Shown: piece after piece, positions 11,899 through 23,750 of the stretch
Layout of the letters: the number at the start of each line of letters is the position of its first letter
Numbering within the stretch: position 1 is the stretch's first letter
Source of the DNA: Podarcis melisellensis
Lineage: Eukaryota
Reading direction: 5' to 3' (one strand)
Length of the DNA stretch: 64,000 bases
Assembly (NCBI GenBank): GCA_964234715.1
Contig: OZ174277.1
The notes under the pieces: generated by a model
What the model was told of the DNA's origin: nothing
The model's input: the letters and a program-made list of their open reading frames with translations, nothing else
The model's database searches: none
Translations under genes and position numbers: made by a program

Positions 11899-14800
11899 TC
11901 AGGATTCAGTGAGCTCTAAGCTTAGCTGTGGACTCTCACTGATGGTGTAGTCTTGATTATTTACATCTTTCTCTGTGTATGTCTCCACGAATCCTGTTGA
12001 TTGGCTCTGGTCATCTTTGTTTTTCATAGGTGTTTGTTGTTCTATAAACTGCTGTTGGATCTGAACAGTCTGCCCAGCTTCTACATCAGTCAGCCTTGCT
12101 TGGGCCACTTCAAGTGACTCTTTGGGTAGATCTCCTGAGGCAGTATCTTCTACTGCTGGTCTCTGAATCTCTGTTGGAGTGGCTGTATCCCCTGCAGAAT
12201 GCAGCTTTGGTTCACCATTCTTTTTCTGGAAATCTGTCTCTTGCTTAATTTCTTTCACAATTTCATTCAGAGATTCAGGGTCTTGTGCTAGTGTTGTCAC
12301 AGTGCCTGATCGTTCATCTGGCTGCAACATCAGTTTCACTTTAGCATCTTCAGATTTATCAGAAGCAAAAGGCATTTCTTCTGCCACTGTGAAGGCCTCT
12401 TGATTCTCTGCGGACTGAGTTAAAATTATATTTGATGGTTGGATCTCTAGATTTTTCTCTCCTTTGCCTTTTACAGGAAGAATCTGACCAGTCTGCAAAC
12501 TTTCCTGAATTTCAGATTTATGTACACCCTGTAGAAATGGCTCACTCTGCTGCTTTGACACAGATGGCAACTCTTCTGTTTGCTCCAATGTATCAACAGC
12601 ATTCTGGATGATTTTCAGCACAATTTTTGTACTCTGTGACTCTATAGTCACCGATTGAACCACATCTTTTTGAAATTCTATATGAGTTAAAGAGGGGCTT
12701 CTTTCTGGAGGTGTCTTTTTTTCACCTTCTTGACTTGATTCTAATCTCTGAAGCTTCATTTCTGGGCTGGAATTCAATACAGACTTCTGGATCAAATCAT
12801 CTTTGGTGCATGTTACTGCTGCTAAAACTGCCTCCTCTACCACTGAATTTGCTTTCCCAGACCATGACACTGTATCCTTATCAGGACCTAGAGCCCCAAG
12901 TCCTGGTTGAACAAAGCTCACCTGCTGAACTGTTTTGAATGTGGTTTCTTTTGGCTCCTCTAGGAGAGACTGCAGGTTTTCAGTTAATGTTTCCGTAACT
13001 GTGACATTCTCTGCAATAACTTGTTCTTCGACTGTTGCAGCTGTTACTGTTACAGAGGATTTATGAACTCCGTGACTTTGTACTTCAGGAATGTCAGTGG
13101 TGATAACCTCCTGCTGCTCAGTGAACATTTCTTGCTGCACTGGAGCTGCACAAACTGCATCAGTATCCGCAAGTTCAATTTTCCCTGTTGATTTTTCTGT
13201 TTCTGTTACTAGCACCTTCTCCGACAATGCTTGCCTTCTCTCAGAGCTATCTGAAATTGTGGCAGATTGTGAAAGTGGAAGGACTGTTTCCAGGGGCAAT
13301 TTACGAGGGCACACTTCACTCTGTACACAAACACCATTTATACCTGCTTCACTACCTTCTGTGACAGAACTATCTCCTTTCTTTTCTGAGAAGACATCTG
13401 ATAAAGCACCAGAGTCCGAGATGAGGGTGTCTCCAACTTTGGTCTTTACTGCTTCAGTTGCTACAATTCCTGAGAATTTCGCTTCAGTTGTTAGCTCTAT
13501 GTTTTCGACCTCTTTTTTCAAAGAATCCACAGTTGCCTCACTTTTCACAGTGCTGTCCTCTGTTAACTCAGCCTCAGTGTGCTTTGATTCCACAGTAAGT
13601 GCATCTTCCTTTTCATTCTGCACAGATCCTTCAGTTGTAGTTACAAGTGTGACATCCTTCAGTTCATTCCTTTCTGGAACGTCAACCGCAATTCCTTCTG
13701 TGCCTTCCAATTTCAAGGTATGGCTGGCATCAGCTACATCCTTCTGGATGACATCCACTACATTTTGATCAGCTTGCTCTGTTGATGTTTTTACTAGGGG
13801 AGAGTCATCTTTTACTTCGTTCTTTGAAAGCTCCTCAGTAACAACTGCATCAAAACATTTTGATTCTAAGGAAAGGGAAACATCTTGCGTTTCTCTCTGC
13901 TCAGGAGCTTCAGTCTTGTCACTAATTACAGGGGCTTTATCATAAATTATCTCAACGGATGTTGCTAGGGAATCTGAAGTATCTTCAACCTCAGAGTTGA
14001 AACTGACCTCATTCTCCACATTCTTCAGGATCTCTTTTACTTCTGGCTGTTTGGTGGCAGTGGTTTCTGCTTCCATAATTTCTTCTGACTGTTCTGAAAA
14101 GACCTCCTTATGCACTTTCTCAGAAGGAAATTTCACTTCCACTTTTGCATCCTCCTTCTCTGCAAAGACCTCCACACCAGCCTTCATGGCTGCCTTCTCT
14201 ATGGGGGCTTCTGTTTTCTCTTCACCTTCGGCTTTTTCTACAGAGGATGCCACTTTTGCCTTCTTTGCGGAGTCCTCTGCACCCAACTTCTTTGCAGGAA
14301 CCTCCACTTGACTCTTTTCCTTGGCAATCTCTACAGCAGACCCTATATCCACCTTCTCTGCAGGAGTTTTCATATCTAGCTTTTCATCTGGCTGATCTGA
14401 CGAGGCCACTGTTTCTGCCTTCTCTGCAGGCACCTCTGCTTCCACCTTCACATCTGGCTTCACTGTGATGGCCTCCACACAAACAGATGCATTTGATTCT
14501 TCTGCTGCAGCTTTTGTCTTTTCTATAGGGTCCTCCACTTTCATAATCTCTGAGGGAGCCTCTGATTCCCCCTTGTCCGTGGAGGTCTGCACTTCCATCT
14601 GTGTTTTGGAAATCTCAACTTCCACCTTTTCTACATCTGCCTTCACCTCTACTTTCTCTGTGCAGGCATCTGCCTCCAACTTTGCATGTGCCTTTTCTGT
14701 AGAGATCTGTGCTTCTGTCTCTTTTATATGTTCCTCCACTTCTTTTTCTGAGGGGGGCACTGCTTCTGCCTTTGTGGGAAGCTCCAAGTCCTCCTTTAAT

Positions 14801-17800
14801 TCTGCCTTCTCTGCTTCTACCCTCTCTTCGAGGAATTTCATTTCCACCTCTTTGACATGGCCATCTGTTTCTACACTCTGCTTATGGGTCTCAGTCTCTG
14901 CATTCTGCTTGTGGACATCCACTTCCACCTTTCTTGTGGGCAAGTCTTTTTCTACAGTCTCAGCATGGAGAGGTTCAAGTTTCTCATTTACCATAGAAAT
15001 ATTGGTTTCTGATTTCTGCATTTGGCCCTTGGGTTCCACCTTCTGTTCGTGGGTCTCAGTTACCACAGAAACCTCTGTGTCTTTGTTCTGGATGCAGGCC
15101 TCAACTACAACATTCTCTGTGCTTCCAAGTGTGGCATGTTTGGCCATACCTAAGTCACTGACTTCAGTTACTGCATTCTGCACTGGCACTTCAGTTATCT
15201 TGCTCTGGATGGGTGCCTCAAGCACAAAAACTTCAGCACAGGGAGGCTCAGCTTCTTTTATTTCTTTTTGCACAGGGGCTTTTACTTCATCTGCAGCAGT
15301 TACTAATTTAGCTTCCAAGTCAGGTATGGTGTTCACCACTTGTTCAAATTTCTGGGAGAACTGAGGCTTCTCTTCATGTGATATTTTTGCCAATTCATCA
15401 ACTGCTCGACCAGTATCTGTAATCCCACCTTCAACTGCATTTTTTAAATTTGTTTTGGCTTCCTTTGCCATGCCAACAACATTTACTTCTGGCCCTTCTT
15501 CAGGGGTTACTGTGATAATGACAAATCCTTCCTCTTCAGCAGTCTGTTTTTCAATGATTTCTTGAACAATTTCTTGTTCAAACTTTGAATCATGACTCTC
15601 ATCAGTCTTTTCCAAGCTCACAGTTTCTTTCGAGCTTTTCTTCACCTCTACACAAATGTCATTACTCTTCTCCAACGCTTCCTTCGGACTACTTTCTTTA
15701 GCTTCATCTTGACTTTCACTACTTTCACTTACTTGGATATCTGTCTTCTCTGGTTCTTCCTTTGAGGGTGGTTCTGCCTCTTGAAATATGATAGTAGTTT
15801 CTTGCCCTGTTTTCTCTATTTTCTCAGGCAGAATTGTTTCCTGTGCTTCGCTGGACAATTTAACTCTTTCAGCAACTTCTTGCAGAATTTCCTGTGTTTG
15901 TTTATTTAGTTCTTCTAGGTTTTGCTGGCTTTCCTCTACCTCCTGCACAGGTGTTACTATTTCTGTTGTATCAGGGGACTCAGTTAGCCTTGAAACTGCT
16001 GAAACCATTTCCGTTGTCTCTTCAGCACAGGATACTTCAGCTGTTTCTTCAACACCTGAAGTTTCTTCTCTAGCTGTGATTGCTTCTGAGGTTAGAGTGT
16101 CACCGCTAAACTCCTTTTGAATTTCTGGCATGACTTTAGTAACCACCACCATTTCTTCCACAATTCCAGTTTCAGAGATCTGATCAATATGTTTCTCTTC
16201 ATCTTCCTTTGCATGTTCAATGGACTCTGTCACAGCAGCCGATATCCAAGATGGTGATCTTTCTTCAATACTTGTAACTGCTCTCTCTCCTTCTACCATT
16301 GTGACAGTAACTGCATGAACTAGTCCTTCATTGGACTGCTCAATAATCAAAGTACTTTCTGACTGGTCTGAAGTTTTCTTAGTTAAATCATCTTGTTTTG
16401 CCTTTTGAGCTTCAAACTTCTCTTGTTCAGCAGCATCATACTCTGATAAAGGAACAACGGCTGGAACATCAGAGTCGTCCTCATGGATTTCAGTCATTTC
16501 TTCTCCAGCTTCCTGAACAGGAGCATGTTCTGGTATTCCATCCGACTTCTTCTTCCTACGACCAGGCATTAGTTTTTTAAATGAAACCCATGATTCTTCT
16601 TTTCCAGACTCTCCATCTGAAGTATAATGTTCTAAACTTTGAGCTGTGGAAGATTCTTCATTTCTCTCTTCCATTTTTGTTTTAGATTTTCTTCTTGGGG
16701 TTACTAGTCTTTTAAAGGACTCCCATGTTGAAACTCCCTCACCTTCAGATGGGCTTCCAGCTTGTTCTGGTGAAAAACCTCCTTGTCCTTGATCACTTTC
16801 TTGTGAGCTAGTAATGGTCATGCTTGGTGCTGTTTCTTTATTGGGCCCATTTTCATCTATTTTCTGTCCTTCTTGAGCAAGTCTTTGTCCTACCTCTTCA
16901 TCAGAAGTTGATGATTTTCTGGTTCTTTTCTTAGATGAACCTACACAAATTAAGGCTTCCCATGATACAGAAGTATCAACCTTTCTCTTGGGCTCATCTA
17001 TGCTTTTTTCTAATTTCTGTTCCTCAACATTTTCTTTTATATCATCCTGCTCTTCACAAGGTGCACTTTCAGTTGAAGATAGAGTAGCAGTTTTTGCCTT
17101 CTCAAGTTCTTCTTCCTTATCACTTTCAGAAAGTCTCCTGACCCGTTTCTTAGGAGTCACCATTTTTTTAAATGATGCCCAAGGTGTAACAATGTCTCTT
17201 TTCCTCTCCATATCTGAAGTAGAACCATCTTCCGTTTCAGTGGTCTGTGCTGCATCTGTAACTTTTCCTACAGATTCTGTTGTTTCTTCAGGGGAAGAAG
17301 CAGAGCTTTCTGCTCTTGGATCTTCTGGACTTTCTGCAGAATCAGACAACTGCTGTGCTTGTTCTGCTGCTTCCCCTTGCTTAGCTTCTTCTCTTTTTCC
17401 TTTATGTTTCTTTGCTGACAACTTCTTTAAGCTTGAACTTGTAAAAAGCTTTTTTAGGGGGCTGCCTTGTAACTTGGCTCTTTCTTGAGATGAAAGTAAT
17501 TCAACTTCATTTGTAATGACTTCTAGAGGTTTGATTGTTGCTGAATCTCCACTGCTTGGTTCAGTTTGCTTGAGTGGCTCATTTACTAGCTCAACCAAGC
17601 TTTCTTTGACTTTTAGCTGTTCATCAGTGGCTTGTCCTTTAAACTCAACATCAGTTTCAACGAACTGTTCAAGAACAAGTTTGGATTTTTCAGTTGGTTT
17701 TGGTTCTTTCTTCTCCACAGTAGTGCTAACATCAGTGCATATCTCTGTGGGTCTGTCATCAAAATTTTCCGTTGCCAGAGGAGCCTTCGGTTCAGATATG

Positions 17801-18929
17801 GCTTCAACTATTTCAAAATGCTCCTCAGGTGTTTCTATAGGCATTGGAGAAGTTGGTGCAGACTGATCTGTTTTTTCTTCAAATACTTCAGTTGCCAAAG
17901 GAGCTGCTAGTTCAGATTTTTTCTCAGATGATGCAAGAGGGCTATGCTCCAGGGCCATTTGACATTTTTGTGCAGGTTCCAAGTTCTCCTCCAAGTCAAT
18001 TTTATTCAAGCTTTTACTGGGTTCTATGTCCACACTTTCAGCAGACATTTGTGGTGATGGCTGTTCAAAGGCAGCAACAGCTTCCTCCTTATGCGTTTCT
18101 GTTGAGACATCTATCATTTTTGTTTCTTCTCTTTCTACTATAGCATCACTGGCTTCTATAGACACTTCTGCCTTCTCTTTTTCTGGTATGGGTTTTTCTT
18201 TTTCTGATTCTTCAGTAGGAGTGGCTTCCTCTTTTATCACTCCTTTTTCTTGCTCCTGCATTTCTCTCTCAGTGGCTTGCTGTTCTTCTTCTTTAGGTTT
18301 CCTGAAACTTGTCCTTTTCCTAAACCCAGCCCAACCCTGGGTAAAGAACTTTCTTAGGGGTGATGCTGTTTCATTAGTTAATGGACTTGTTGGAGACTCT
18401 GGAGACTTGCTACCATCACTTTTAATCTCTGTCTCCTTGCTTCCTGCTTCAACAGGACCTTCTGTTACCTTTTCAGGAGAAATTTCTTCTTTTGTCTGCT
18501 CAGTCTGAGTTTCTTGCTCAGTCTTTTCTACAGGGTAGGGCACCTCACTTTGTGTTTCCTCCTCCACTGTATCTAGCCTGATTTCTTTACAATCTCCAGC
18601 TCCTTCCGATAGCACTTCTGTCTCATCTGCTTTCACATTCAGCAACTGAACAGGTTCTGCTTTTTCAGTCTTTTCCTTTCTGACGGTAAACTTGAATCCA
18701 ACGAACTTAAAAACTTTTTTAAATCCAACATCATTTGCTGATGGAGATTCACTAGGTTCTGCCTGCTCTTCCACTTTTTCTTCTTCTGATGGCAATTGCT
18801 GATCAGCATCTTCTGCATCTTTCTGTTCCACATCTATGTTAGATTTATCGGGTGATTCTGCTGGCCTGGTCTCCATATTTTCAGCTGGCTCTTCTTTTAG
18901 AATCACATTTGAAGTTTCTCTTTGTCCAA
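11899..18929 (-). CDS. AKAP12: AKAP12 (gravin/SSeCKS) large coding exon
   Basis: Acceptor tctcttacAG at 18931-18930, phase 1, starting (V)GQRE. Polybasic motifs VGFKKVFKFVGFKFTVRKEK, SPLRKFFTQGWAGFRKRTSFRK and SPLKKLFTSSSLKKLSAKK. Three WSK motifs (WASFKKMVTPKKR, WESFKRLVTPRRK, WVSFKKLMPGRRKKK). PKA-RII helix IESQSTKIVLKIIQNAVDTL (about 12645-12586). Ends ELTES-TGA; donor GTAAGT at 11890. Synteny with ZBTB2 agrees. Confidence 0.97.
14090..15050 (-). repeat. Degenerate 27-bp / 9-aa coding repeat within AKAP12
   Basis: EKVEVKADV/EKVEVEISK/TQMEVQTST/DKGESEAPS/EIMKVEDPI; RKVEVDVHK/QNAETETHK/QSVETDGHV/KEVEMKFLE; VKVEAEVPA/EKAETVASS; AKVEVKFPS/EKVHKEVFS. Confidence 0.65.
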
Positions 18930-19029
18930 CTGTAAGAGACATTTAAAAGCAATAAATAATTAGGCATTCTGTTATCACAATTCTATTTAAATTGCATAAG
19001 AAGTAGAAATAATCACTATTCCTCTAATC

Positions 19030-19098
19030 CCAGGCACACTTACTTGGGAGTAAGGCTATGGGACTTAGTTCCAAGTAAACCCATATAGGAATACACTG
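19030..19098. repeat. Ancient ~90-bp palindromic squamate repeat; related copies near 2160-2245, 27914-27998, 61654-61745 and 63295-63390
   Basis: Shared core cacttacttggga(a)gtaag...cccattga...atgggactta...gtaaac...tatagga. Confidence 0.5.
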
Positions 19099-19224
19099 CA
19101 CTATTATTAAAAGTCAAATGCATTGAAATTAATGAGCTTAAACATATTCAATTTTGTACAAGATTGTGGACATTATATACAGTCGTACCTTGGTTGCCAA
19201 ACGCCTTGTAACTCAAAAGTTTTG

Positions 19225-19783
19225 TTTTTTTTTTTATAATAATGTTTTTATTTGCTTTTTTCCAAGGTCAGATACATCGTCAGTTATTCAACAAAGGCAG
19301 TTTTACAGAAAGAAAAGGAAAAAGGTTATAAGCAAAAAAGAGATCTTACTTTACAAAACAATTTTTCATGATCTACTGGACTTCCCCACATCTTCCATCC
19401 CCTGCATCTTTTTCAATAAAATAAAGTTACAGCAAATTAATACCTTGTTTCCTGTGTTTTGTACTTTCCTCAATTGTATATTAGGTTTAGGGGAAATATT
19501 GTTAGTTCACAATTCCAACAGTCCTCAATATAGAAACTTTACCCTAGACTTTAGTCATTTCATCATCAGAACTTAAATTCAGCAATATCAAAAATTTGAA
19601 ATCTGAAGCTTGTTGTCTAAAAACTTAACAAATTCTCAACATTCACATAACTTATAATGTTTTTGTAAATAGTCCTTAAATTTTTTCCAGTCCTCTTCCA
19701 CTGCCTCTTCTCCCAGGTCTCGGATTCTGCCAGTCATTTCGGCCAGTTCCATATAATCCATATAATCCAGTTCCATATAATCC
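19225..19783 (-). mobile_element. 5'-truncated L1 (ORF2 end, 3'UTR, polyA)
   Basis: 14-bp TSD actcaaaagttttg (19211-24, 19784-97); poly-T at 19225-35; - strand encodes DYMELAEMTGRIRDLGEEAVEEDWKKFKDYLQKHYKLCEC*. Confidence 0.88.
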
Positions 19784-19862
19784 ACTCAAAAGTTTTGGCT
19801 CCCGAACGCCGCAAACCCAGAAGTGAGTGTTCCGGTTTGCAAACTTTTTTGTAACCCAAATG

Positions 19863-20042
19863 GAACGCCCTCCCATCAGATGTCAAAGAGATAAAGAATT
19901 ACCTGACATTCAGAAGACATCTTAAGGCAGCCCTGTTCAGGGAATTTTTTAATATGTAATGCTGTACTGTTTTTAACACTGATTGGGAGCCGCCCAGAGT
20001 GGCTGGGGAAACCCAGCCAGATGGGCGGGGTATAAATAATAA

Positions 20043-20099
<57 letters not shown>
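19863..20099 (+). mobile_element. L2-type LINE 3' end with (ATT)n tail
   Basis: Encodes WNALPSDVKEIKNYLTFRRHLKAALFREFF; tail gggagccgcccagagtggctggggaaacccagccagatgggcggggtataaat(att)n; short aatg duplication at the junctions. Confidence 0.85.
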
Positions 20100-20104
<5 letters not shown>

Positions 20105-21183
20105 CTGACGCGGCTTCTGATTGAGTGCAAGAAGCTCCTGCAGCCAATCAGAAGCTACGCCTTGGTTTTTGTACATTTTCAGAAGTCAAATGGACTTCCA
20201 GAATGGATTCCATTCAAGAACCAAGGTATGACTGTATGCCTTTTAAAATGCATGATAAAAATAGATTCCATTATTTTAAGGGTATCTATACATAAAATTA
20301 ACAAAACATAATTATATAGAGAGATAATGAAGTGAAATAAAGTCACTTCAAAATTTGGTTGGAAGCTTTATACTGGAAAAACCTAGGGCTTCAAAAGAAT
20401 TTTAAATAAATTGTGGACATCAGAAAACAAATATTTTGCTTTCAGAATTTTGATAATGTAAAGGCAGCCACACCATGTTCCCAACCTGACATTCTACTTC
20501 CAAAATTTAATAGTATTTTTAATAGCATCTAAGTCAAGCCAGCAGCCGAGACCATAGTCTATTTTCATTAGTTAAGAGGCTTTTCTTGCTTTATATTTTT
20601 AGAAACCACATTGAGGTTTCTTACAATCAAGCAGTTTATCAATTTTATAAAACAAACAATAAATTTTGGTTGTGATTCCTGGAAGACCTGCTCCATGCCT
20701 TGCAAGCCTTTTTTCCACCTGGCCTAGGAGGGAGGGGCCCTGAATGACTGACTCCAGGAGGCTGCTGAGGTACTGCTTAGGGATTTGTTTGTTTGTTTGT
20801 TGCTATTATTGCTGTTAATTTTTGTATCTTTATTTTTAGGCATTATGATTTATGTTGAAATTGTTCAGTTTGGTTGTGCACTTTTTGATGTGTTTTACTT
20901 TTGCTTTGTTTGTAATTATATAAATCTTTTTATGTTGTAAGCGACCTTGAGCATGGTTTCATTTATGGAAAGGCAGCATACAAATAAAATTATGATGATG
21001 AAAAATACACTGCGCAGCAGAAATAAGCCCAACACTTGATCTCAAGACAGCACAAATGCCTAGGTAAACAGGTATGTACCAAGTTGTCAACAAAAACTCC
21101 CAAAATGAATGAAGTTATCTGGTGTATCGCTAGAGGGAGCGAATTCCACAGGCAAAGTGCCACAATGTTAAATAAATGAATTA

Positions 21184-22295
21184 CAGTGGTGCCTCGCAAG
21201 AGTAAATTAATTCGTTCCGCAAGTCTTTTCGTCTTGCGAGTTTTTCGTCTTGCGAAGCACGGTTTCCCATAGGAATGCATTGAAAATCAATCAATGCGTT
21301 CCTATGGAAACCGCCTTCAGACCAGGTCCGGGGACAGTCTGTCCCCCGACCTCTTCTGAAGGCCGGCGGAGGGGGGGGGCGAAAGTCTTTGCTTCCCCCC
21401 CGCCTGCCTTCCCGGGACAGCGGAGACTTCTCCGCTGCCCGGGGCGATCTTAAAATGCTGGCGGCGCTGCGTTTCTCCGCTCTCCCGGGAAGGCAGGCAG
21501 GGGGGACAAAGACCTTTGCCCCCCGCCGGCATTCAGAAGAGGTCCAGGACCTCTTCTGAAGGCTGGCGGGGGGCAAAAGTCTTTGTCCCCCCTGCCTGCC
21601 TTCCCGGGGGCTTTTAAATCGCCCCGGGACAGCGGAGAATTCCTCCCCTCTGCAGGGCTCCCCAAGCGGCGAATGTCTGCCCCGCGTGAGGGGCACTCTG
21701 CTTAAGAGCGCCCCTCGCGCCGGGCAGCAGGCTGCTATCCGCAGCCTAGGTGGGAACTCTTCTGAAGGCTGGCGGGGGAGAAGGGCTTTTCTTCCCACCG
21801 CCAGCCTTCAGAACAGCCTTCTGAATGTTGGCGGTGGGAAGGAAAACCTTCCTCCCACCGCAAGTCTTCAAGACAGGTCCGGGAACAGAGGAGAAGCGCT
21901 GCGCACCTTCCCCTCTGTTCCCAGACCTGTCCTGAAGGCTTGCGGTGGGAGGAGGGCTTTCCTCCCCACCGCCAACATTCAGAATGCTGTTCTGAATGTT
22001 GGCGGTGGGGAGGAAAAACCCTCCTCCCACCGCAAGCCCCGGGAACAGAGGAGAAGCCCTTCGCGCCTTGTCCTCTTTTCCCGGACCTCCCACCGCAAGC
22101 CTTAGGACAGGTCTGGGAACAGAGGAGAAGGCGCGCTGCGCTTCCCCGCTGTCCCCGGAGATTTCCCTATGGGCTTTCGTCTTGCGAAGCAAGCCCATAG
22201 GGAAATCTGTCTTGCGAAGCCGCTAAAAATCGGAAAACCCTTTCGTCTTGCGGGTTTTTCGTTTAGCGAGGCATTCGTCTTGCGGGGCACCACTG
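21184..22295. mobile_element. 1.1-kb GC/CpG-rich non-autonomous Tc1/mariner-type element, family C
   Basis: TA flanks at 21182-83 and 22296-97; TIRs cagtggtgcctcgcaag / cttgcggggcaccactg; subterminal ttcgtcttgcga repeats; internal nested inverted repeats; no transposase ORF. Confidence 0.9.
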
Positions 22296-23324
22296 TATGT
22301 GAAGAACCATAGTTTTGTCTGTCCTGAATCTCCTTCCTAAGCATCTGCTGAATTAAGAAGCAGGAGTATTTTCTGACATGTTAATTATATAGCAAAAGAA
22401 AGAAAAAACAATTCTGTCTATCTGCTTTTACTGTAAAGGAATCTTTTAAAAGTACCCCTCTATTAAAAATGCTCCAGATCCTCTAACAACTAAATCACAT
22501 CTGATCTGATTTGCATTACATTAAGCACACTTCCTGACCATGATCAAACCATAATAAAGCAATAATCAATGGCAACTTGCCCTTCCATACAGATGGCTTC
22601 CATCTCCAGCCATCCCCAGAATAATTCCTCAAGAGATGTATGCATACTTTCAGAGAGCACTAACATTTTATAGTCATTATCTGCAATGCAGTACCTTCCA
22701 TATCAACAGGCCAAGCAATTCAAATTTGAACGATTTCCAGTTACCTAAGAACCTTGACTACATATAATTGTACTAGATTTGGCTAAGTACAGTATTGGGC
22801 CTGTTTCCCAGGCTTTTTAAAGCAGGAGAAATCCAAGTCTACTAGAACTGCTGTAATTGGACCTGCTTAATCACAAACACCTATCACTAGCAACCTTCAA
22901 ACCATACACTAGGTTCCTATGATACACTGTATGCATTTAGCTTTACTTAAAATTGCAATGAGATGAAGCTGCAGTAAGTGGCCTGAGAATGTTTGCTTGT
23001 CAAAACAAAAGTGTCCACATTTAGGATGTTTCTGTGAGAAATCTATGCAGTTGCACCGTAACTTTACTTTGAGACTTTCTGGTGAATGCTTTGAAGACCA
23101 AAAACCCCCCACCCCTCTACCTGAAGAACTGTTCAGCTTCAATTTGTTACCAATTTTTTAATACTTCAGTATAGACAAGATCTACCCTGCCAGACCTTTT
23201 GAGAATTTGGATTGGAAAATCTTATTATTAGGAATGCGTTTTAGTTGATGCTGTTCTTTTAATTGAATTTTTTGTTGTTTTATTCCGCATCATAAGCCAC
23301 ATTGAAGACTACATGGTGGAAAAT

Positions 23325-23750
23325 TAGCTACCAGACTAAGTTCAAGGTGCTGGTTTTAGTGTATAAAACCCTATACAAATTGGAATCAGGATACCGAAAT
23401 ATCATCTTACCCCTTACATATCCAGTTGACCCCTGCACTCTGCAGGTGAAGAAGGCCTCCTGCAAATACTATTTTATTCTGAGCTCTGTTCTGCACAATT
23501 TAGGTATTAGGCTTTTAGTGCTGTGGTACATACCCTTTTGAATTCATTCTCTTTAAATATTAAACAGACCCACCCCCCATCTCTGTTGTCTTGTTGGTGC
23601 CTACTAAAGACCTTCCTCTTCCTACAAGCCTTTCTTGTCGAGTTCTTTCCCAGTCTGCATCTGTGTTCAAATTGTTTTTAATGTGTTTTTATTGCTTGTT
23701 GTTTGCCACCCTAAACTCCTTTGGGAGGAAGTGAAGGATATAATTTCTAT
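23325..23750 (+). mobile_element. Decayed L2-type LINE 3' fragment
   Basis: ISYQTKFKVLVLVYKTLYKL is a typical L2 ORF2 C-terminal segment, followed by a LINE-like tail. Confidence 0.65.

Larger units (their letters stand above)
19180..20234. mobile_element. Tc1/mariner-type MITE family B, interrupted by an L1 and an L2 insertion
   Basis: TA flanks at 19178-79 and 20235-36; TIRs cagtcgtaccttgg / ccaaggtatgactg. The three remaining pieces rejoin into a copy of the intact element at 34437-34678. Confidence 0.9.

Noticed and set aside
12179-18508. Many + strand Ser/Phe/Thr-rich ORFs, up to 299 aa
   Set aside because: Shadow frames antisense to the Glu/Lys-rich AKAP12 exon.
18930-18942. ORF-track start MSLT of the 2347-aa ORF
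   Set aside because: These codons lie in the intron's polypyrimidine tract and acceptor; the real N-terminus is spliced on from 28164-28140 (or alpha exons). Use in intron-retaining transcripts cannot be excluded but has no support.
19899-20176. Poly-Asn and poly-Ile ORFs
   Set aside because: Translations of the (ATT)n LINE tail.
21181-22344. Cluster of overlapping Arg/Gly/Pro-rich ORFs
   Set aside because: Stop-poor because the MITE is GC-rich and palindromic; no transposase motifs.
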